A stretch of 64,000 nt of DNA from an uncultured Thermoprotei archaeon (lineage in GTDB: Archaea; Thermoproteota; Thermoprotei; Thermofilales; B15-G2): NCBI GenBank assembly GCA_965367815.1, contig CBDUKN010000006.1, forward strand, positions 54,201-118,200, read 5' to 3'. Shown in pieces: positions 41,070 to 52,137 of the stretch. Every line of letters starts with the position of its first letter. Position 1 is the first letter of the stretch. The position numbers and the translations under genes were made by a program. The notes below the pieces were generated by a model. It ran no database searches. It was given only the letters and a program-made list of their open reading frames with translations, and was not told the DNA's origin.

Positions 41070-41856
41070 GTGAAAGAATACCCTAGATTCTGGCGCCCAG
41101 GAAGTAAACCTTTCAATCCGCTCAAGTTAGCTGAAGAAACCGAGAAAATTGTTTGCCGCAAAGAAGACAGCGTAGTAAGCCGTAAGTATACGCACTTTTA
41201 TGTTGCGGGAGTCTATAGAGGAATAGTTACAGCTTGTGGAGTAGGCTGCTGCCTACGCTGCTTCTACTGCTGGGTTCCGCTAAGTAGAGATTATCCTGAA
41301 TACTATGGCAGATACTATAAGCCTACTGAAGTAGCTGAAAACATAGCAAAACTAGCTAAAAAATACAGAGTCAAGAAAGCTAGAATTTCTTCTGCGAGCC
41401 AACCATAAGCCGTGAACACTTGCTCCAAGTGCTTGACATAATTGAAGAAACTAGAGAAATTAAACTATTCGTCTTAGAAACAAACGGCATAATTTTCGGA
41501 GCCAATAAGAGCTTCATGAAAGAAGTACTAGACTATAGCAAAGTATACACCAGGATATCTATTAAGGCCGGCGAGCCAGAAAGCCTTACTTGGCGGACAG
41601 GCGCCGAAGGACGCTTCTACGAGCTACCCTTTAAGGCAGTAAAGTACTTTAATGACAAAGCAGAGCCGCTTAAAAGATTCCGTGTAGCTGCAATGACTGA
41701 CCCGAGAATCATGAGCTCAAGTGAACGTAAAAAATTATTAGGAGGCTATGGGAAATTAACCCTATTTTAGCAGTAACTCTTGAATAGGAAGTAGTAGACC
41801 TCTACGATACCACACTAATTAGACTCAAGAAAGCTGGCGTCAAAATATTCAAGTAG
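41070..41856 (+). pseudogene. Radical SAM protein, two frameshifts plus in-frame TAG
   Basis: GCCLRCFYC, RIS..EPT split across frames, FVLETNG; C-terminal TLE*EVVDLYDTTLIRL with TAG at 41785. Confidence 0.82.
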
Positions 41857-41890
41857 TACTCTAACTATAATTGTTAAATAGTAGTACTTA

Positions 41891-42121
41891 ATGGTAGTAC
41901 TCGTGGAATATATTGTTAAAGTAACTAGGAAAGGTCGGGTAACAATACCTAAGGAGCTCAGAGATATCCTAGATATCAATATAGGAGACTATTTAGTAGC
42001 TAGAGTCGAGGGACATAAAGTAGTATTTGAGAAAATAGCTCCGCCAGAGCTAGGTGAACCTGTAGGCGAAAAAGAGTATAGCAATATTATAAGAGAACTC
42101 GACGAAATGAGGAGAAAATAG
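41891..42121 (+). CDS. vapB: AbrB-type antitoxin
   Basis: KVTRKGRVTIPKELRDILDINIGD. Confidence 0.85.
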   Translation: MVVLVEYIVKVTRKGRVTIPKELRDILDINIGDYLVARVEGHKVVFEKIAPPELGEPVGEKEYSNIIRELDEMRRK

Positions 42122-42524
42122 CGGTAGTACTTGATACAAGATTCCTCTTAACACATACTTTTCCTCCAAGTGAAGATGACAAAAAGCTCCTCAAGAAACT
42201 TACATCAAAGATTTTCCGCCGTAAAGTCTATTTACCGTTAGTTGTAGTCGTCGAGTACATTAAGATAGCTGGAAAGCGTCTAGGTTCAGAAGGAGCTGAA
42301 AATAGGCTTTTGTCGTGGCTTGCTTCAGGTGCTCATTTAATCGAAATAACTTATGATGACGCTGTAGAAGCAGGAAAAATCTGCTAACGCATGACATTCC
42401 TGTAGCAGACGCTATTATAGCATCTATAACAAAAAGACTAAAAGCCCTAGTTGTTTCAGATGATCCTCACTTCAGTGAACTAAAAGTCAAAACAATATGG
42501 TATAAAACAGTAAATACTTCTTAA
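42118..42524 (+). pseudogene. vapC: VapC PIN toxin, lost start and frameshifted
   Basis: (ATA)AVVLDTRFLL..VVVEY..[shift]..IPVADAIIA..VSDDPHF..KTIW. Confidence 0.8.
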
Positions 42525-42810
42525 AACCATTATTAAGGAATAATAGTGTTTATATTAAAACATCTCTATATTCTCACATTAATCTTTATGAATAGAAAAA
42601 TCTATGTACTATTGAAGGCTAAATATTATTTAGTGGAGGTTAAAAGAAAAAATCTCCTGTTAGTTAATTTCATGCTATTCACGCTCACTGTGGTATTAAA
42701 CGCCCTCCGCTACACTATATACTCTACATACCTTCAAGTACATCACTATGGTATAATGGAAGTGGCTGCTACAATAGGTTCTATCACTTACTTCGAAGAG
42801 GGGGATCCCT

Positions 42811-43903
42811 ATGCTATTATTCCTCCATAAAAATATTATGAGAAAAATCGTCTACATAGCAATTCTCGTAGCATTCATAGTAATTTCAAGCATATACGTA
42901 GGGCAGTATGTTTCACTGCCCAAAGCTAGTCTCAAAAAAGGTGCTGTATTCTACTATAAAATGGTAAAAGTACCACTATCTACAAGAGTATGTTTTTTCA
43001 ATAATGTCTTCAAGTACGCCGAGTACTTAAGTAAAGTGGAAAATACAACTGTTTACATTATAATCAAGTATAAGAATGGAAGTAAGAAAATAGTAAAGTA
43101 CACTCCTCCAAGTGGAAAGTCGCTACATACTGCTAGAATACACATAAAGGGTGAAGACTTAACGTCACATCATGTAAAATATAGGTATGGTGTAGAGTAT
43201 GCTAAAGGCGAAGTTCTTAAAGGAACTCTTATAGTGAAAGTTCTCGAAGTTTAATGGAAGTAAGATTAAGGTTTTTGCGTCAATTAATGCTACTCTGCTT
43301 TACTCTGAGTTCGTTGAAGGAGTTAGAAAAGAAAAAACTAAGCGTGTGTACAGAGAGGGAGTTTATTATATAGATTTAAGTACTATGAAAGCATTTAAAG
43401 AAAATGGGAAAGAATTAGGATATACATTTCTGATACTTAATCCGTTGTTGTTTACCAAAGATAAGATAAGCGTAGATAATAACAAGGTGAATTTAGTTGT
43501 AGATAAGCTATTTGTAGATCCTTATGACACACCAGCTGGTAGAATAAGATGTGTGAGAGTAAGAATGTATGTAGTTAACTCTACTCTTAATATTTATGTG
43601 TCAGGTAAGCCTGAAGTAGGCTCATTCATTTACTCTAAGGATACCGGAGTACTTGTTCTTGCACGTAGAGGAGTTATGCCCGACGCTATTCTAGGCGATC
43701 TCTTAGACACAAATTTAATAGGAAACTTCTTCACGAGTGTCTCTCATAGAGGTGCTATAGGATTTTGGTTAGAGAAGTTTGAAGACATTGAGTTAAGTGA
43801 ATTAGCTTTAAGTACTCATGAGTACTTAGCGACAGTAACTATAGTCTTTGCCGCGCTTATTTTCTTGACTAGAAGTAGGAAAAGAGGGCTGCTTATTAAA
43901 TAA
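42811..43903 (+). pseudogene. Fragmented membrane-anchored surface protein
   Basis: The first fragment has an N-terminal signal/TM, the second (DTPAGRIRC) a C-terminal TM; the 92-bp gap reads as coding. Confidence 0.5.
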
Positions 43904-43923
43904 TTATTTATTTTTTACTAAAT

Positions 43924-45279
43924 TTATTTAGAGTACTTTTTCTTAACTTCACTGAATAACTTTTTCTGCTCACTGTACCATTTTTCAAAATCTTTTGGAG
44001 ACTCAGGGAAGTTTAAGTATAGGCTTCGGGCGCGATCCATGAAGCTTTTAACTTGTACTAGCTCTTTTAGTAGAGAGGGTCTAGTGAGCAATTTAATGGC
44101 CTTAGTGGTCTTTGAGACTACTGCTGAAACTAATTCGCCTCGATAGCCCATTTCTGCAAGTTCTTCATCAGACACTATCTTCTTCTCTATTACAAAATCA
44201 AGGTCTTCTGCTGTAAGTTTCTGCATATATATTCTCAGGACATCAAGGCTCGCCTGCTTTGCACCGTAGGCTTCATGATACAGCTTGTGTATTTTCCAGA
44301 GATTCTCTACTGTAGGTTCGCCTTTTTCTAAAGCCTCTGTTATTACTTTAGCTGCAGCATCTGCACTTAGCATAGAGGGCCCTATTCCTCCTCCATGAAT
44401 AGGATTAGCTGTACAGGCAGCATCTCCTATTACCACGAAGCCGTTCCACGCCATACACGCAATAGTTCTTCTCGTAGGACACAGACCTCCACCTTCATTA
44501 ATTATCTTGGCTCCAGCCTTCTCGAGAACAGGTCGAATATACTTGTTGAAATTGTCTTTAGGGTTAGGCGCACCTGGCTTAGGCTGAACTCCCAGCCCTA
44601 CATTAACTACGTGCTTTCCTTTAGGGAACCACCACCAGTAGCCTCCTGGCGCCACTTTGGGATCCAAGTATATTATGGCTAAGTCAGTTTCCTGTTCTTC
44701 CTCGACTTCAGCTATAACTCTGTACGCTATATTGTAGTCTTCTATGGGAGTCTCTTCGGAAACCCACCATTCTCTCGGGAGACGTGTTCGGAGAACAGGG
44801 CTGGCTCCCGTAGCATCTATTGTAATTTTACCCAGTATTTCTACTTTTGCTCCATCTTCGCGGAGAGCTACTAGTCCTTTAACCCAGTTCTCTTCGATAA
44901 TAGGCTCTATTACTTTATGTGAGTCATAGAGCTCAGCGCTAGCATCTAAAGCCCACTTAAGTAACTTTTGTCCAAAGGCTTTTCTATTTAAAGCGTATCC
45001 TTTGCCCCAAGCAGTGACATATGCTTTCTTGCTAGGCGAATATACTCTAACGCCCTTAAATAAGGAAACAGCATCCTCGCCTAATTTAGGAGGCTCTACA
45101 CCAAGCCTCTCGAAATGATGCTCCCCTACAGCATCGCCGCAGACCTTCTCACCTATCTTGGATTCAGGCTTCATTTCAACTATAGCTACCTTGAAGCCAC
45201 TTTTAGCAAGCCTAAATGCCGCGAAAAGTCCTGCAGATCCAGCTCCAGCAACCACTACGTCGTATTTCTCAGATGACAT
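43924..45279 (-). CDS. Digeranylgeranylglycerophospholipid reductase (GGR)
   Basis: VAGAGSAG, KVCGDA, PGGYWWWFPKG, IGDAA..NPIHGGGI. Confidence 0.92.
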   Translation of the reverse strand: MSSEKYDVVVAGAGSAGLFAAFRLAKSGFKVAIVEMKPESKIGEKVCGDAVGEHHFERLGVEPPKLGEDAVSLFKGVRVYSPSKKAYVTAWGKGYALNRKAFGQKLLKWALDASAELYDSHKVIEPIIEENWVKGLVALREDGAKVEILGKITIDATGASPVLRTRLPREWWVSEETPIEDYNIAYRVIAEVEEEQETDLAIIYLDPKVAPGGYWWWFPKGKHVVNVGLGVQPKPGAPNPKDNFNKYIRPVLEKAGAKIINEGGGLCPTRRTIACMAWNGFVVIGDAACTANPIHGGGIGPSMLSADAAAKVITEALEKGEPTVENLWKIHKLYHEAYGAKQASLDVLRIYMQKLTAEDLDFVIEKKIVSDEELAEMGYRGELVSAVVSKTTKAIKLLTRPSLLKELVQVKSFMDRARSLYLNFPESPKDFEKWYSEQKKLFSEVKKKYSK

Positions 45280-45342
45280 GCATTACACCCCTCAGTATAT
45301 TTAATAAACTTAGTCTACTTAATAAACTATTAGGTATAATTT

Positions 45343-45798
45343 ATGAAACCTGGTGAACCTAAAATAACTCTAAGTCAAGAAATAGCATTGAAAGTAGAAA
45401 AGAAAATTAAACATACAGCACAGGGAGTAGAAGAAACACTTAAAGAAATACTCGAGAAAGGAGAAGTAAGCTTCGAAGACATGAAAATGCTCCTCGAATC
45501 ACTGAAACCAAGCTTTAGTCTCTTATCCCAGAAATGGGTTCTCGAAATACTTTACTCGCTTCTCATATTAGGTCCCCTCGGCTTTAATGAATTAAAGAAA
45601 ATTACTGGAGCCAGTTCTCGAAGTCTATCACTTAAACTCAAAGCTCTATCAGATTCAGGATTTATTGAAAGAATAGTAGAGAAAGGTCCTCCGCTAAGAA
45701 CATCGTATAGGCTCACAGAAAAAGGCAGAACATCAGCTCTACTATCGTTACCGCTACTATATTACATTGTAACAATGACTCAATCAAATACTGCCTAA
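45343..45798 (+). CDS. HxlR family wHTH regulator
   Basis: KWVLEIL..GFNELKK..SLSLKLKAL..YRLTEKG. Confidence 0.9.
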   Translation: MKPGEPKITLSQEIALKVEKKIKHTAQGVEETLKEILEKGEVSFEDMKMLLESLKPSFSLLSQKWVLEILYSLLILGPLGFNELKKITGASSRSLSLKLKALSDSGFIERIVEKGPPLRTSYRLTEKGRTSALLSLPLLYYIVTMTQSNTA

Positions 45799-45799
45799 A

Positions 45800-46409
45800 A
45801 GTCAATATAATTTCTTTAAAGACTAAATATGAAATATGTGTTTATTTCCAAAATACAATAGTTGAAACAAAACCTTATACGCTAACTCTCTAATTATGCA
45901 ACAATATAAGAGCAACTAAAATAAAACGAGAATACGAGCACTTAATGCTGCTATTAGTATATAATATCTTGTATTTGTCTATTTAAAGCCTCAACAAAGT
46001 ATTATTGATTTTCTTTCAACGTGCTTTTATTCTAATTTATGGTACGTTGTATGAAATGGTATTTCCGCTAGCCCAGCTGTGAAGAATACTAAATAGCAAT
46101 TTATTATAGAATTCTGCTCTAGCGAATAAATTTCTGTAAAAAGTTAAACATTATTTATTAAGTGTAGCTCCCAAAATGGGAATAGCTAGTAATCTTAGTA
46201 TAGCTATCGAACCCATTATTAATAAAATTATTATTAATCCTATAAAACATATTATTGGATTTGTTAACCATATTCTTCCTTCTATAGCAAAAAATAATAT
46301 AGATATAATTAATATAACTATCAAGAAAATTATAATTACTGATATAATCTCAGCAACCGGATATTTCTGTAGGAATTCTCTACTTCAAGCCTTTTTCTTA
46401 TTCATCATT
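45800..46409 (-). pseudogene. Decayed AT-rich membrane protein gene
   Basis: MMNKKKA*SREFLQKYPVAEIISVIIIFLIV... with hydrophobic helices and multiple stops; left boundary approximate. Confidence 0.4.
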
Positions 46410-46492
46410 AATTAACTATTCATAAAGATTTAAAATTTATTTATTTTAGCTGGTAAAGGCACAGTCTTTCGCAATAAGTATATATTGTGATA

Positions 46493-47419
46493 TTAGTTTA
46501 CTTTAATTGAGAGTATTTCTTCATCTTTATGGCTTCTAGATTTTACTAAATACCCTGATTCATTAAATGTTTCTTCTAGTAGAATAATTATGCTACTCCT
46601 GCCTTCGAAGGAAATATCTAGTATTTGTCCTACAGCCATTGAGCAGAGCCCATACTTTATTTTAAGTTTCTGTACGTGAGCTCAGCAACCTTTACTCCGT
46701 TCTTTCTCTACTTCAGGGCTCCACCTTCCCCAGTAAATAACGGGATTTACTAGAATATTTGCTCCCATTTGCTTTAATTCACGTAAATAATTGTAGTTAA
46801 AGCAGTCTTCTCCAATAGCTACTCCAAGCAAACCTATGTCGAGTTTAATTAAGTTTATTTTATTTGAAGAAGAGGCTTCAAGAAATCTGTCTAGAGCACC
46901 GAGAACTCTTTTTGCTGAATGCCCACGACTCTACCTTTAGTGTTGAAGACAAAGCAAGTATTGTAGACTTTGTACCCAGTCAAAGTGATTTTTGAGCCTA
47001 GTTTATGAACTTCGGGAATCAGAATTGTTCTGACAACGATATTAGTTTTGTAGATTTTAGCTAGTCTGCTAAATACACTAATGTATGTGTTTAACATTTC
47101 CTTGCTTTTCTTTACCTTAAGAAAAGCAATCCACCTTCTAGCTTTAACCCATATTTTGAGGAGTAAAGAATAGTTGTCTCTAACCATTTTTCTTAGAGCT
47201 ACTTGAAGCGAATTCGCTGTTTTCACGATATTTTCCTCACCTAAAGATACTAGGAATGAACCTATGTTTTCGGGAAAACTACTATTGTGTCTTCGCCGAG
47301 TTTTATTTTCGAGTCAGCTAGAGCAAGTACTCGCTCCATTTGCTTCTAAATGTTTCTTCAGAGAGGTAGTAAGTTTCATTAAGCTTGAACTGTACTACGA
47401 CTATTTTCTTAAGTCCCAT
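46493..47419 (-). pseudogene. Carbon-nitrogen hydrolase (nitrilase superfamily) remnant
   Basis: IVVVQF, VFPENIG, YNTCFVF..QQK, GVAIGEDCF, GANILVNP, FEGRSSI across several frames and stops. Confidence 0.78.
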
Positions 47420-47477
47420 GTATCCGAGAAATATGTGTAAGTTACAGTATACTAAGATAATTCCTGAAAAATCCTAT

Positions 47478-48476
47478 TTATTCTCGAGTAGGGGATTCAT
47501 AGAGAAGAACTCTATCTACTTCGTAGTTTAAGCCTAACTCCGATGAGGGGTCTACTGCCTCAATGAATATGAGAAATCTTTCTTTAAATGGGTCGTAGAC
47601 AATATCGCAGTATCCGTGAACAGGGTAGTCTTTTCGCTCGTAAGGTGACTGAGGCTCCCATCTACCTTTAAATAGTGTTTCAAGTCGTTTCTCACGATAA
47701 TTGAGCAAGTAAGCTACAAAAGTGTCTGTATAGCCTCCTCCTCTAGTCACGTAGAGTGTTTCGAATCCTAGAAGAATAGGACCTAGTGTTCCAGCAAATA
47801 TTTTTCCGCCTAGAAAGAAGTAGTGTGGTTGACGCCCATTATCTAAGCCTAATACACCTAGTTTTCTCCAATTAATGCCGTCGCTACTTACAGCTAGAGC
47901 CATATTAACTCTAACCCCGTCGTTAACCTTGTATACAGCAAAGTAGACACCGTCAATAATGTCTATTATGGCGTCTCTAGCCTCCTTCACCTCATAAAGG
48001 TGCTCTCTTCTGAGAACAAGTCCTCTGGGCTCCCAAGGCCCCCTAGGGTCGTCAGCTACTAAAAGTAGAGTGTCCCAGCCAGGATAAGGTGGCTGCTGGA
48101 GATCTACAGCTACGTATAGATAATATTTGCCTGTAAGCGGGTCTTTTAGAAGCTGCTGTCCTTCAATGCTAGCTATATTCAAGCCTGTACTCTCCTTAAG
48201 CTCCTCTCTAGTAATAGTCGCTACTAAAGAATAGTCTTCGCCGTTAATAGACCTATATATTTCGATAGCATAGCCTCTAACAGGCACTGCCTTACGGGGC
48301 CTTGTAGTCAGCCAGAACTCCTCGTTCTCGTAATCTACTAGAACTTTACCTGCTCCACGCCACGAGCCGGGATTATAGTCGGGTGGCTCTAAGACAATTT
48401 TCTTGAACTTCTTTTTCCTTAAAATTGCTTGAGGAGGATAAAATCCTGACCAGATTCCTTTGCTGGCTAAAATCAT
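47478..48476 (-). CDS. Beta-propeller glycoside hydrolase-like protein (GH32/43/130-like)
   Basis: DPRGPW, EARD, ALAVSSDGINWRK. Confidence 0.65.
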   Translation of the reverse strand: MILASKGIWSGFYPPQAILRKKKFKKIVLEPPDYNPGSWRGAGKVLVDYENEEFWLTTRPRKAVPVRGYAIEIYRSINGEDYSLVATITREELKESTGLNIASIEGQQLLKDPLTGKYYLYVAVDLQQPPYPGWDTLLLVADDPRGPWEPRGLVLRREHLYEVKEARDAIIDIIDGVYFAVYKVNDGVRVNMALAVSSDGINWRKLGVLGLDNGRQPHYFFLGGKIFAGTLGPILLGFETLYVTRGGGYTDTFVAYLLNYREKRLETLFKGRWEPQSPYERKDYPVHGYCDIVYDPFKERFLIFIEAVDPSSELGLNYEVDRVLLYESPTRE

Positions 48477-48533
48477 AGTCTCCAGTACTTTCTGTAAAAA
48501 TTAAGTATTTATAGCTTGACTTGAAGTAGAACG

Positions 48534-49043
48534 CTACTGTACAGTAACTTTATCTACATAGGGTTCAGATAGAATCTCCATAATAGCGTCTCCAGGTATT
48601 TCTCCTTCGACAATAATGTAGAGCTTCGGCTCTTCGTGGAGCTTGGGGTCTTCGGCGATAACCTGTACAATATTTATTTTCCGCTTAGCTAGAATAGAAG
48701 TAATAGTCGCTATTATGCCGGGCTGGTCTCTAGTAGGAACTATTACGAGGCACCTGTAGCCGAGTATTTTAGCAACATCTTTTAAGAAGGGGCCAGCGGG
48801 CTTGAGTTTCTCGAAAAACTCTCTAAGTTTATTATTTCTCAATATTTCTTCAACACACTTCTTCACAGTCCTCCTATCAGTACTGCTTGCACGAGCTACT
48901 GAAGTATAAGGTATTTCGAGTTCTCCGCAGAAAATCCTTCCACTACTATCTATTCTGAGACCATAGCTCAACATTAATTTAACAACTTTCATTTTAGCAG
49001 AAGACCTCTTAAATACTCTATTTATTTCACTCCAGATAGACAT
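48534..49043 (-). CDS. ACT domain regulator of amino acid metabolism (COG2150-like)
   Basis: GLRI..IFCG..VARASSTDRRTV; PGII..INIVQVIAEDP. Confidence 0.88.
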   Translation of the reverse strand: MSIWSEINRVFKRSSAKMKVVKLMLSYGLRIDSSGRIFCGELEIPYTSVARASSTDRRTVKKCVEEILRNNKLREFFEKLKPAGPFLKDVAKILGYRCLVIVPTRDQPGIIATITSILAKRKINIVQVIAEDPKLHEEPKLYIIVEGEIPGDAIMEILSEPYVDKVTVQ

Positions 49044-49146
49044 TCACAATATACATCTAAAAAAGATATTTAAGCTTAGCTATAAAAAGATACGTTAATT
49101 TAAAATAATTAACAATAGCTACTTATATAGAGCAAGCATCTAGTAT

Positions 49147-49205
49147 TCTGGGTGATGAACCCGACCACTACTGAGAGGTGACGAAAGGGTAGGTTTCTGA
49201 CCAGA
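49147..49205 (+). ncRNA. Box C/D guide sRNA, probably 16S rRNA-targeting
   Basis: GTGATGA-acccgaccacta-CTGA-gag-GTGACGA-aagggtaggttt-CTGA with a TCTGG/CCAGA terminal stem. Confidence 0.88.
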
Positions 49206-49315
49206 GTGTCTCTCACTCAGACTTCTTCGCTGTTGAAGTGAGCCTCTTGAGTGATTTTATACTTATATGAAAAGGCTTATACGTTTTCCTAGTACACATA
49301 GAGTAGGCGTAACTT

Positions 49316-49690
49316 ATGGAATATAAGAAAGCACTAGCACAGGCTTTGAAAGAAAGAGGATACAGAGTAGTAGTCGACGCTGAAGTAGAAGGAGAAAGTG
49401 GAATCGTTCATAAAATACCTATCTTAGTAGTATTAGGTGGAAAAAAGTATATTGGATTTGAAATTGCTGAAGGTGAAGACGTAGAAAGCGCCGTAATTAA
49501 GTGTTTTATCAAAATAGTAGATGTCTCGGAGATACCGTTTTATCTTCTTGTCGAGAAGAAAGTTTTTCATGAAATGCTAGATAATCTCTGTAGTCCTAGA
49601 ATCATAGTATTTGATAACCTTGAAGATCTTTTAACTAAGGTCGAAAAAATAATTTCTCGTCAACTCGCAACTCTAAAACCTGCCGAGTAG
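49316..49690 (+). CDS. Restriction-endonuclease-fold (Mrr-like) small protein, probably degenerate
   Basis: GESGIVHKIPI resembles GxSGxxHxFD but lacks the Asp. Confidence 0.55.
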   Translation: MEYKKALAQALKERGYRVVVDAEVEGESGIVHKIPILVVLGGKKYIGFEIAEGEDVESAVIKCFIKIVDVSEIPFYLLVEKKVFHEMLDNLCSPRIIVFDNLEDLLTKVEKIISRQLATLKPAE

Positions 49691-49728
49691 TGCGCTAAAG
49701 TTTTTTCCGCTAAGCACTAACAGTATAT

Positions 49729-50376
49729 GTGAGTAAGTATTTGCTTGAGTTTAGAGGATTGACTCTAGTTTACTACATACCTGTCGAGAAAGTAGAAAAT
49801 TTCCTTTTAAGCGGAGTTACTCCTGTTGTTAGAAGAAATAAAGTAAGACTTTATGTTCAAGTGCTTGAGTCGGTTAGTCTTTCAGGCAAAGGTGTTGAAG
49901 GCCTGAAGGTAAGAGAACTCAACTACATGATTGAAGCTAAGTATAGTGGTCGTAAGGGATATTACGCTGTTAAATTGTATGCTGACAATCCACAGTACGT
50001 AGAGTGGGGAGTTTCGCAAGGTTTTCTTAAGACTTTAGCTGATATAAGTTACCGAGAAGAAAGAAATAGAGTATTCTGTAGCGCGAAGAAAAATAATAAG
50101 GTTTTAGCGCGTATAGAAGCAGATGTTGACATTGGTCTGCTGAGTTCATTTAAAGGAAAACTCTATCCTAGTGTTCTCTCGCTCATATTTCTGAATAATT
50201 TTATTGGAGTAAAAGAAAAGAAGTGTGAAGTGCTACCTATAAAGCTCAGAGCCAGTGTTCTTCCAGCTAGAATAAGTTACATGGATTTAGCTGAGCTTGA
50301 AGAACTCGGCTTACTAGGTGAAGAAAAACCATCTTATGTTTTCTACGTTAAGCGAATTGTTTTAGAGATCTTGTAA
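49729..50376 (+). CDS. Acetoacetate decarboxylase/DUF2071-like protein
   Basis: RELNY..YYAVKLYADNP..G..QGFLKTLADI pattern. Confidence 0.6.
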   Translation: MSKYLLEFRGLTLVYYIPVEKVENFLLSGVTPVVRRNKVRLYVQVLESVSLSGKGVEGLKVRELNYMIEAKYSGRKGYYAVKLYADNPQYVEWGVSQGFLKTLADISYREERNRVFCSAKKNNKVLARIEADVDIGLLSSFKGKLYPSVLSLIFLNNFIGVKEKKCEVLPIKLRASVLPARISYMDLAELEELGLLGEEKPSYVFYVKRIVLEIL

Positions 50377-50406
50377 AAGGACTATATATGGTCTTTTTCC
50401 TCAATA

Positions 50407-50758
50407 TTGATGGATGAAAAGACTTTAAGTCTTGAAAGCAGAGTCCTAGCGTTTGTTGCATGGGCTTTAAATATTGTAGGAGCTATTATTGCGTTACTAG
50501 TTGCTACAGATAGCAGTAAGTATGTTAAACAGCACGCTATTCAGAGCTTTATTTTCTACATAATATGCGCTATTTTAGCAGTTTTAATTAAAGTGGCGTC
50601 AATATTCAGGCTACCTGCACCCTGTTCGCTCGCAGAATCGGTACTCTACTTTACTTCCTTTCGTAGTAGGGCTTGTGCGTGCAGTTAAAGCATATGGAGG
50701 TTCAGCATTCAGGTTTCCACTGGTTTACAGGATAGCTAAAGCACTAAAGCTGCTTTAA
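50407..50758 (+). pseudogene. DUF4870 family membrane protein, frameshifted
   Basis: YVKQHAIQS; the alternative frame ends VKAYGGSAFRFPLVYRIA. Confidence 0.75.
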
Positions 50759-50786
50759 GCAGTAGTCTTTTATTTGTATTGAAGTA

Positions 50787-51656
50787 ATGCAGCTAGTGCT
50801 GATAGTAGCTAATCACTGTCATTTATCTGTTAAAAAAGGCGAGAGACCCGAAGACCTCATAAGAGACCTCGATAAATACGGTATAGCTAAAGCAGTAGTT
50901 TATCCTCCTATACCGCCAATAAGCGATAAAATTCGGAAACATTTTCCTGGAGAAAACCAAAATAAGTGGGTAGCTAAGGTATGCCGAGAATACGAAGACA
51001 GACTTATTCCCTGGGCTACAGTAGATCTATCTAAGGATCTTGTTCAGCAAGCTGAAGAAGCATATGAATTAGAGTGCCGAGGCTTCAAAATGCATCCGCA
51101 GGGCCAAGGCTTTAAGCTACTAGGCTCTAAGCTAACTAAGTTCTTCGAAAAACTAGAGGAACTGAAAATGCCAGTTCTCTTCCACACAGGATACCATGGC
51201 CCAGATCCCTGGATAACCCATCCAATGTACGTAGATCTACTTTCGAGAAGACACCCTGAGCTCATAATAATAATGGAGCATATGAGCTTCCCCTTCTACC
51301 TCGAAGCCGCGACTGTAGCTGCTCACCGCGAAAACGTGTACCTTGGTTTAACTAAAATACTTAGAGTAGACCACTTATACAAAGTTAAACTCTCTCGAAG
51401 AAAAGGCCTCAGAGTACAGGTTCTAGTAGAAGACAAGCAAGAGTACATGATGCCTCAGTCTATATGTCTTCCTCCAGAAAAACTAGTAGACTTTGTGAAA
51501 ACTATTGGAGCAGACAAATTCATCTGGGGAGCCGACTGGCCTATGTCTCGTAGACTAGACATATACATTAATGTAATTAAGTCTACTCCGCTGACAGAGG
51601 AAGAAAAGGAGCTAATTCTAGGGAAAAATATTCTTAGGCTGTCTCGAGCTCAGTAA
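50787..51656 (+). CDS. Amidohydrolase_2 family protein
   Basis: NHCH, GFKMHP, PVLFHTG, IIMEHM, FIWGADWP. Confidence 0.9.
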   Translation: MQLVLIVANHCHLSVKKGERPEDLIRDLDKYGIAKAVVYPPIPPISDKIRKHFPGENQNKWVAKVCREYEDRLIPWATVDLSKDLVQQAEEAYELECRGFKMHPQGQGFKLLGSKLTKFFEKLEELKMPVLFHTGYHGPDPWITHPMYVDLLSRRHPELIIIMEHMSFPFYLEAATVAAHRENVYLGLTKILRVDHLYKVKLSRRKGLRVQVLVEDKQEYMMPQSICLPPEKLVDFVKTIGADKFIWGADWPMSRRLDIYINVIKSTPLTEEEKELILGKNILRLSRAQ

Positions 51657-51700
51657 CCAAGGTTCGCTCTTCATCGATCCGAAGCGGCGGCTTTCATCAC
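51650..51700 (-). ncRNA. Box C/D guide sRNA
   Basis: Minus strand: GTGATGA-aagccgccgctt-CGGA-tcg-ATGAAGA-gcgaaccttggtta-CTGA; overlaps the amidohydrolase stop antisense. Confidence 0.75.
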
Positions 51701-51766
51701 CACTATGTGAAATAGCGTTCACATATTTAAATTAATATACTTTTTAGCAAATTATTTTAAACGAGA

Positions 51767-52135
51767 GTGGAGGAAACGGTACTATCAAAAGAAATTTCGA
51801 GTGAAAGCCGTGTATTAGGTTTAATAGCGTGGCTACTCATATTAATAGGGCCCGTAGCCGCTATTCTAATTAAGCCGGAAGACTGTTTCGTAAAATTTCA
51901 CGCATTTCAAAGCCTTATTTTCAGCATATGTGTGATAATAGCTCACGTTACTTTAACTACACTTTCTCAAATACCAGTACTATGGCTTTTCCTGCGGCCT
52001 CTCTTTCTCTTCGTATACCCTCTTATCTACATTATTTGGCTTGTAGTAGCCCTTATTTGTTGAATAAAGGCCTATTATGGTGAGTGGATTAAAGTACCCT
52101 TGGTCTACGAAATAGCAGTCAAGCTAGGCATATAG
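51767..52135 (+). pseudogene. DUF4870 family membrane protein with in-frame TGA
   Basis: FVKFHAFQS; after TGA 52061-63 the same frame continues IKAYYGEWIKVPLVYEIA. Confidence 0.78.
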
Positions 52136-52137
52136 CC

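Noticed and set aside
42546-42830. 94-aa ORF upstream of the fragmented surface protein
   Set aside because: AT-rich, low-information sequence with an uncertain start; cannot be supported as a gene.
49213-49254. TCACTCA...TGAGTGA hairpin as an H/ACA RNA
   Set aside because: No convincing K-turn/K-loop or pseudouridylation pocket; left uncalled.
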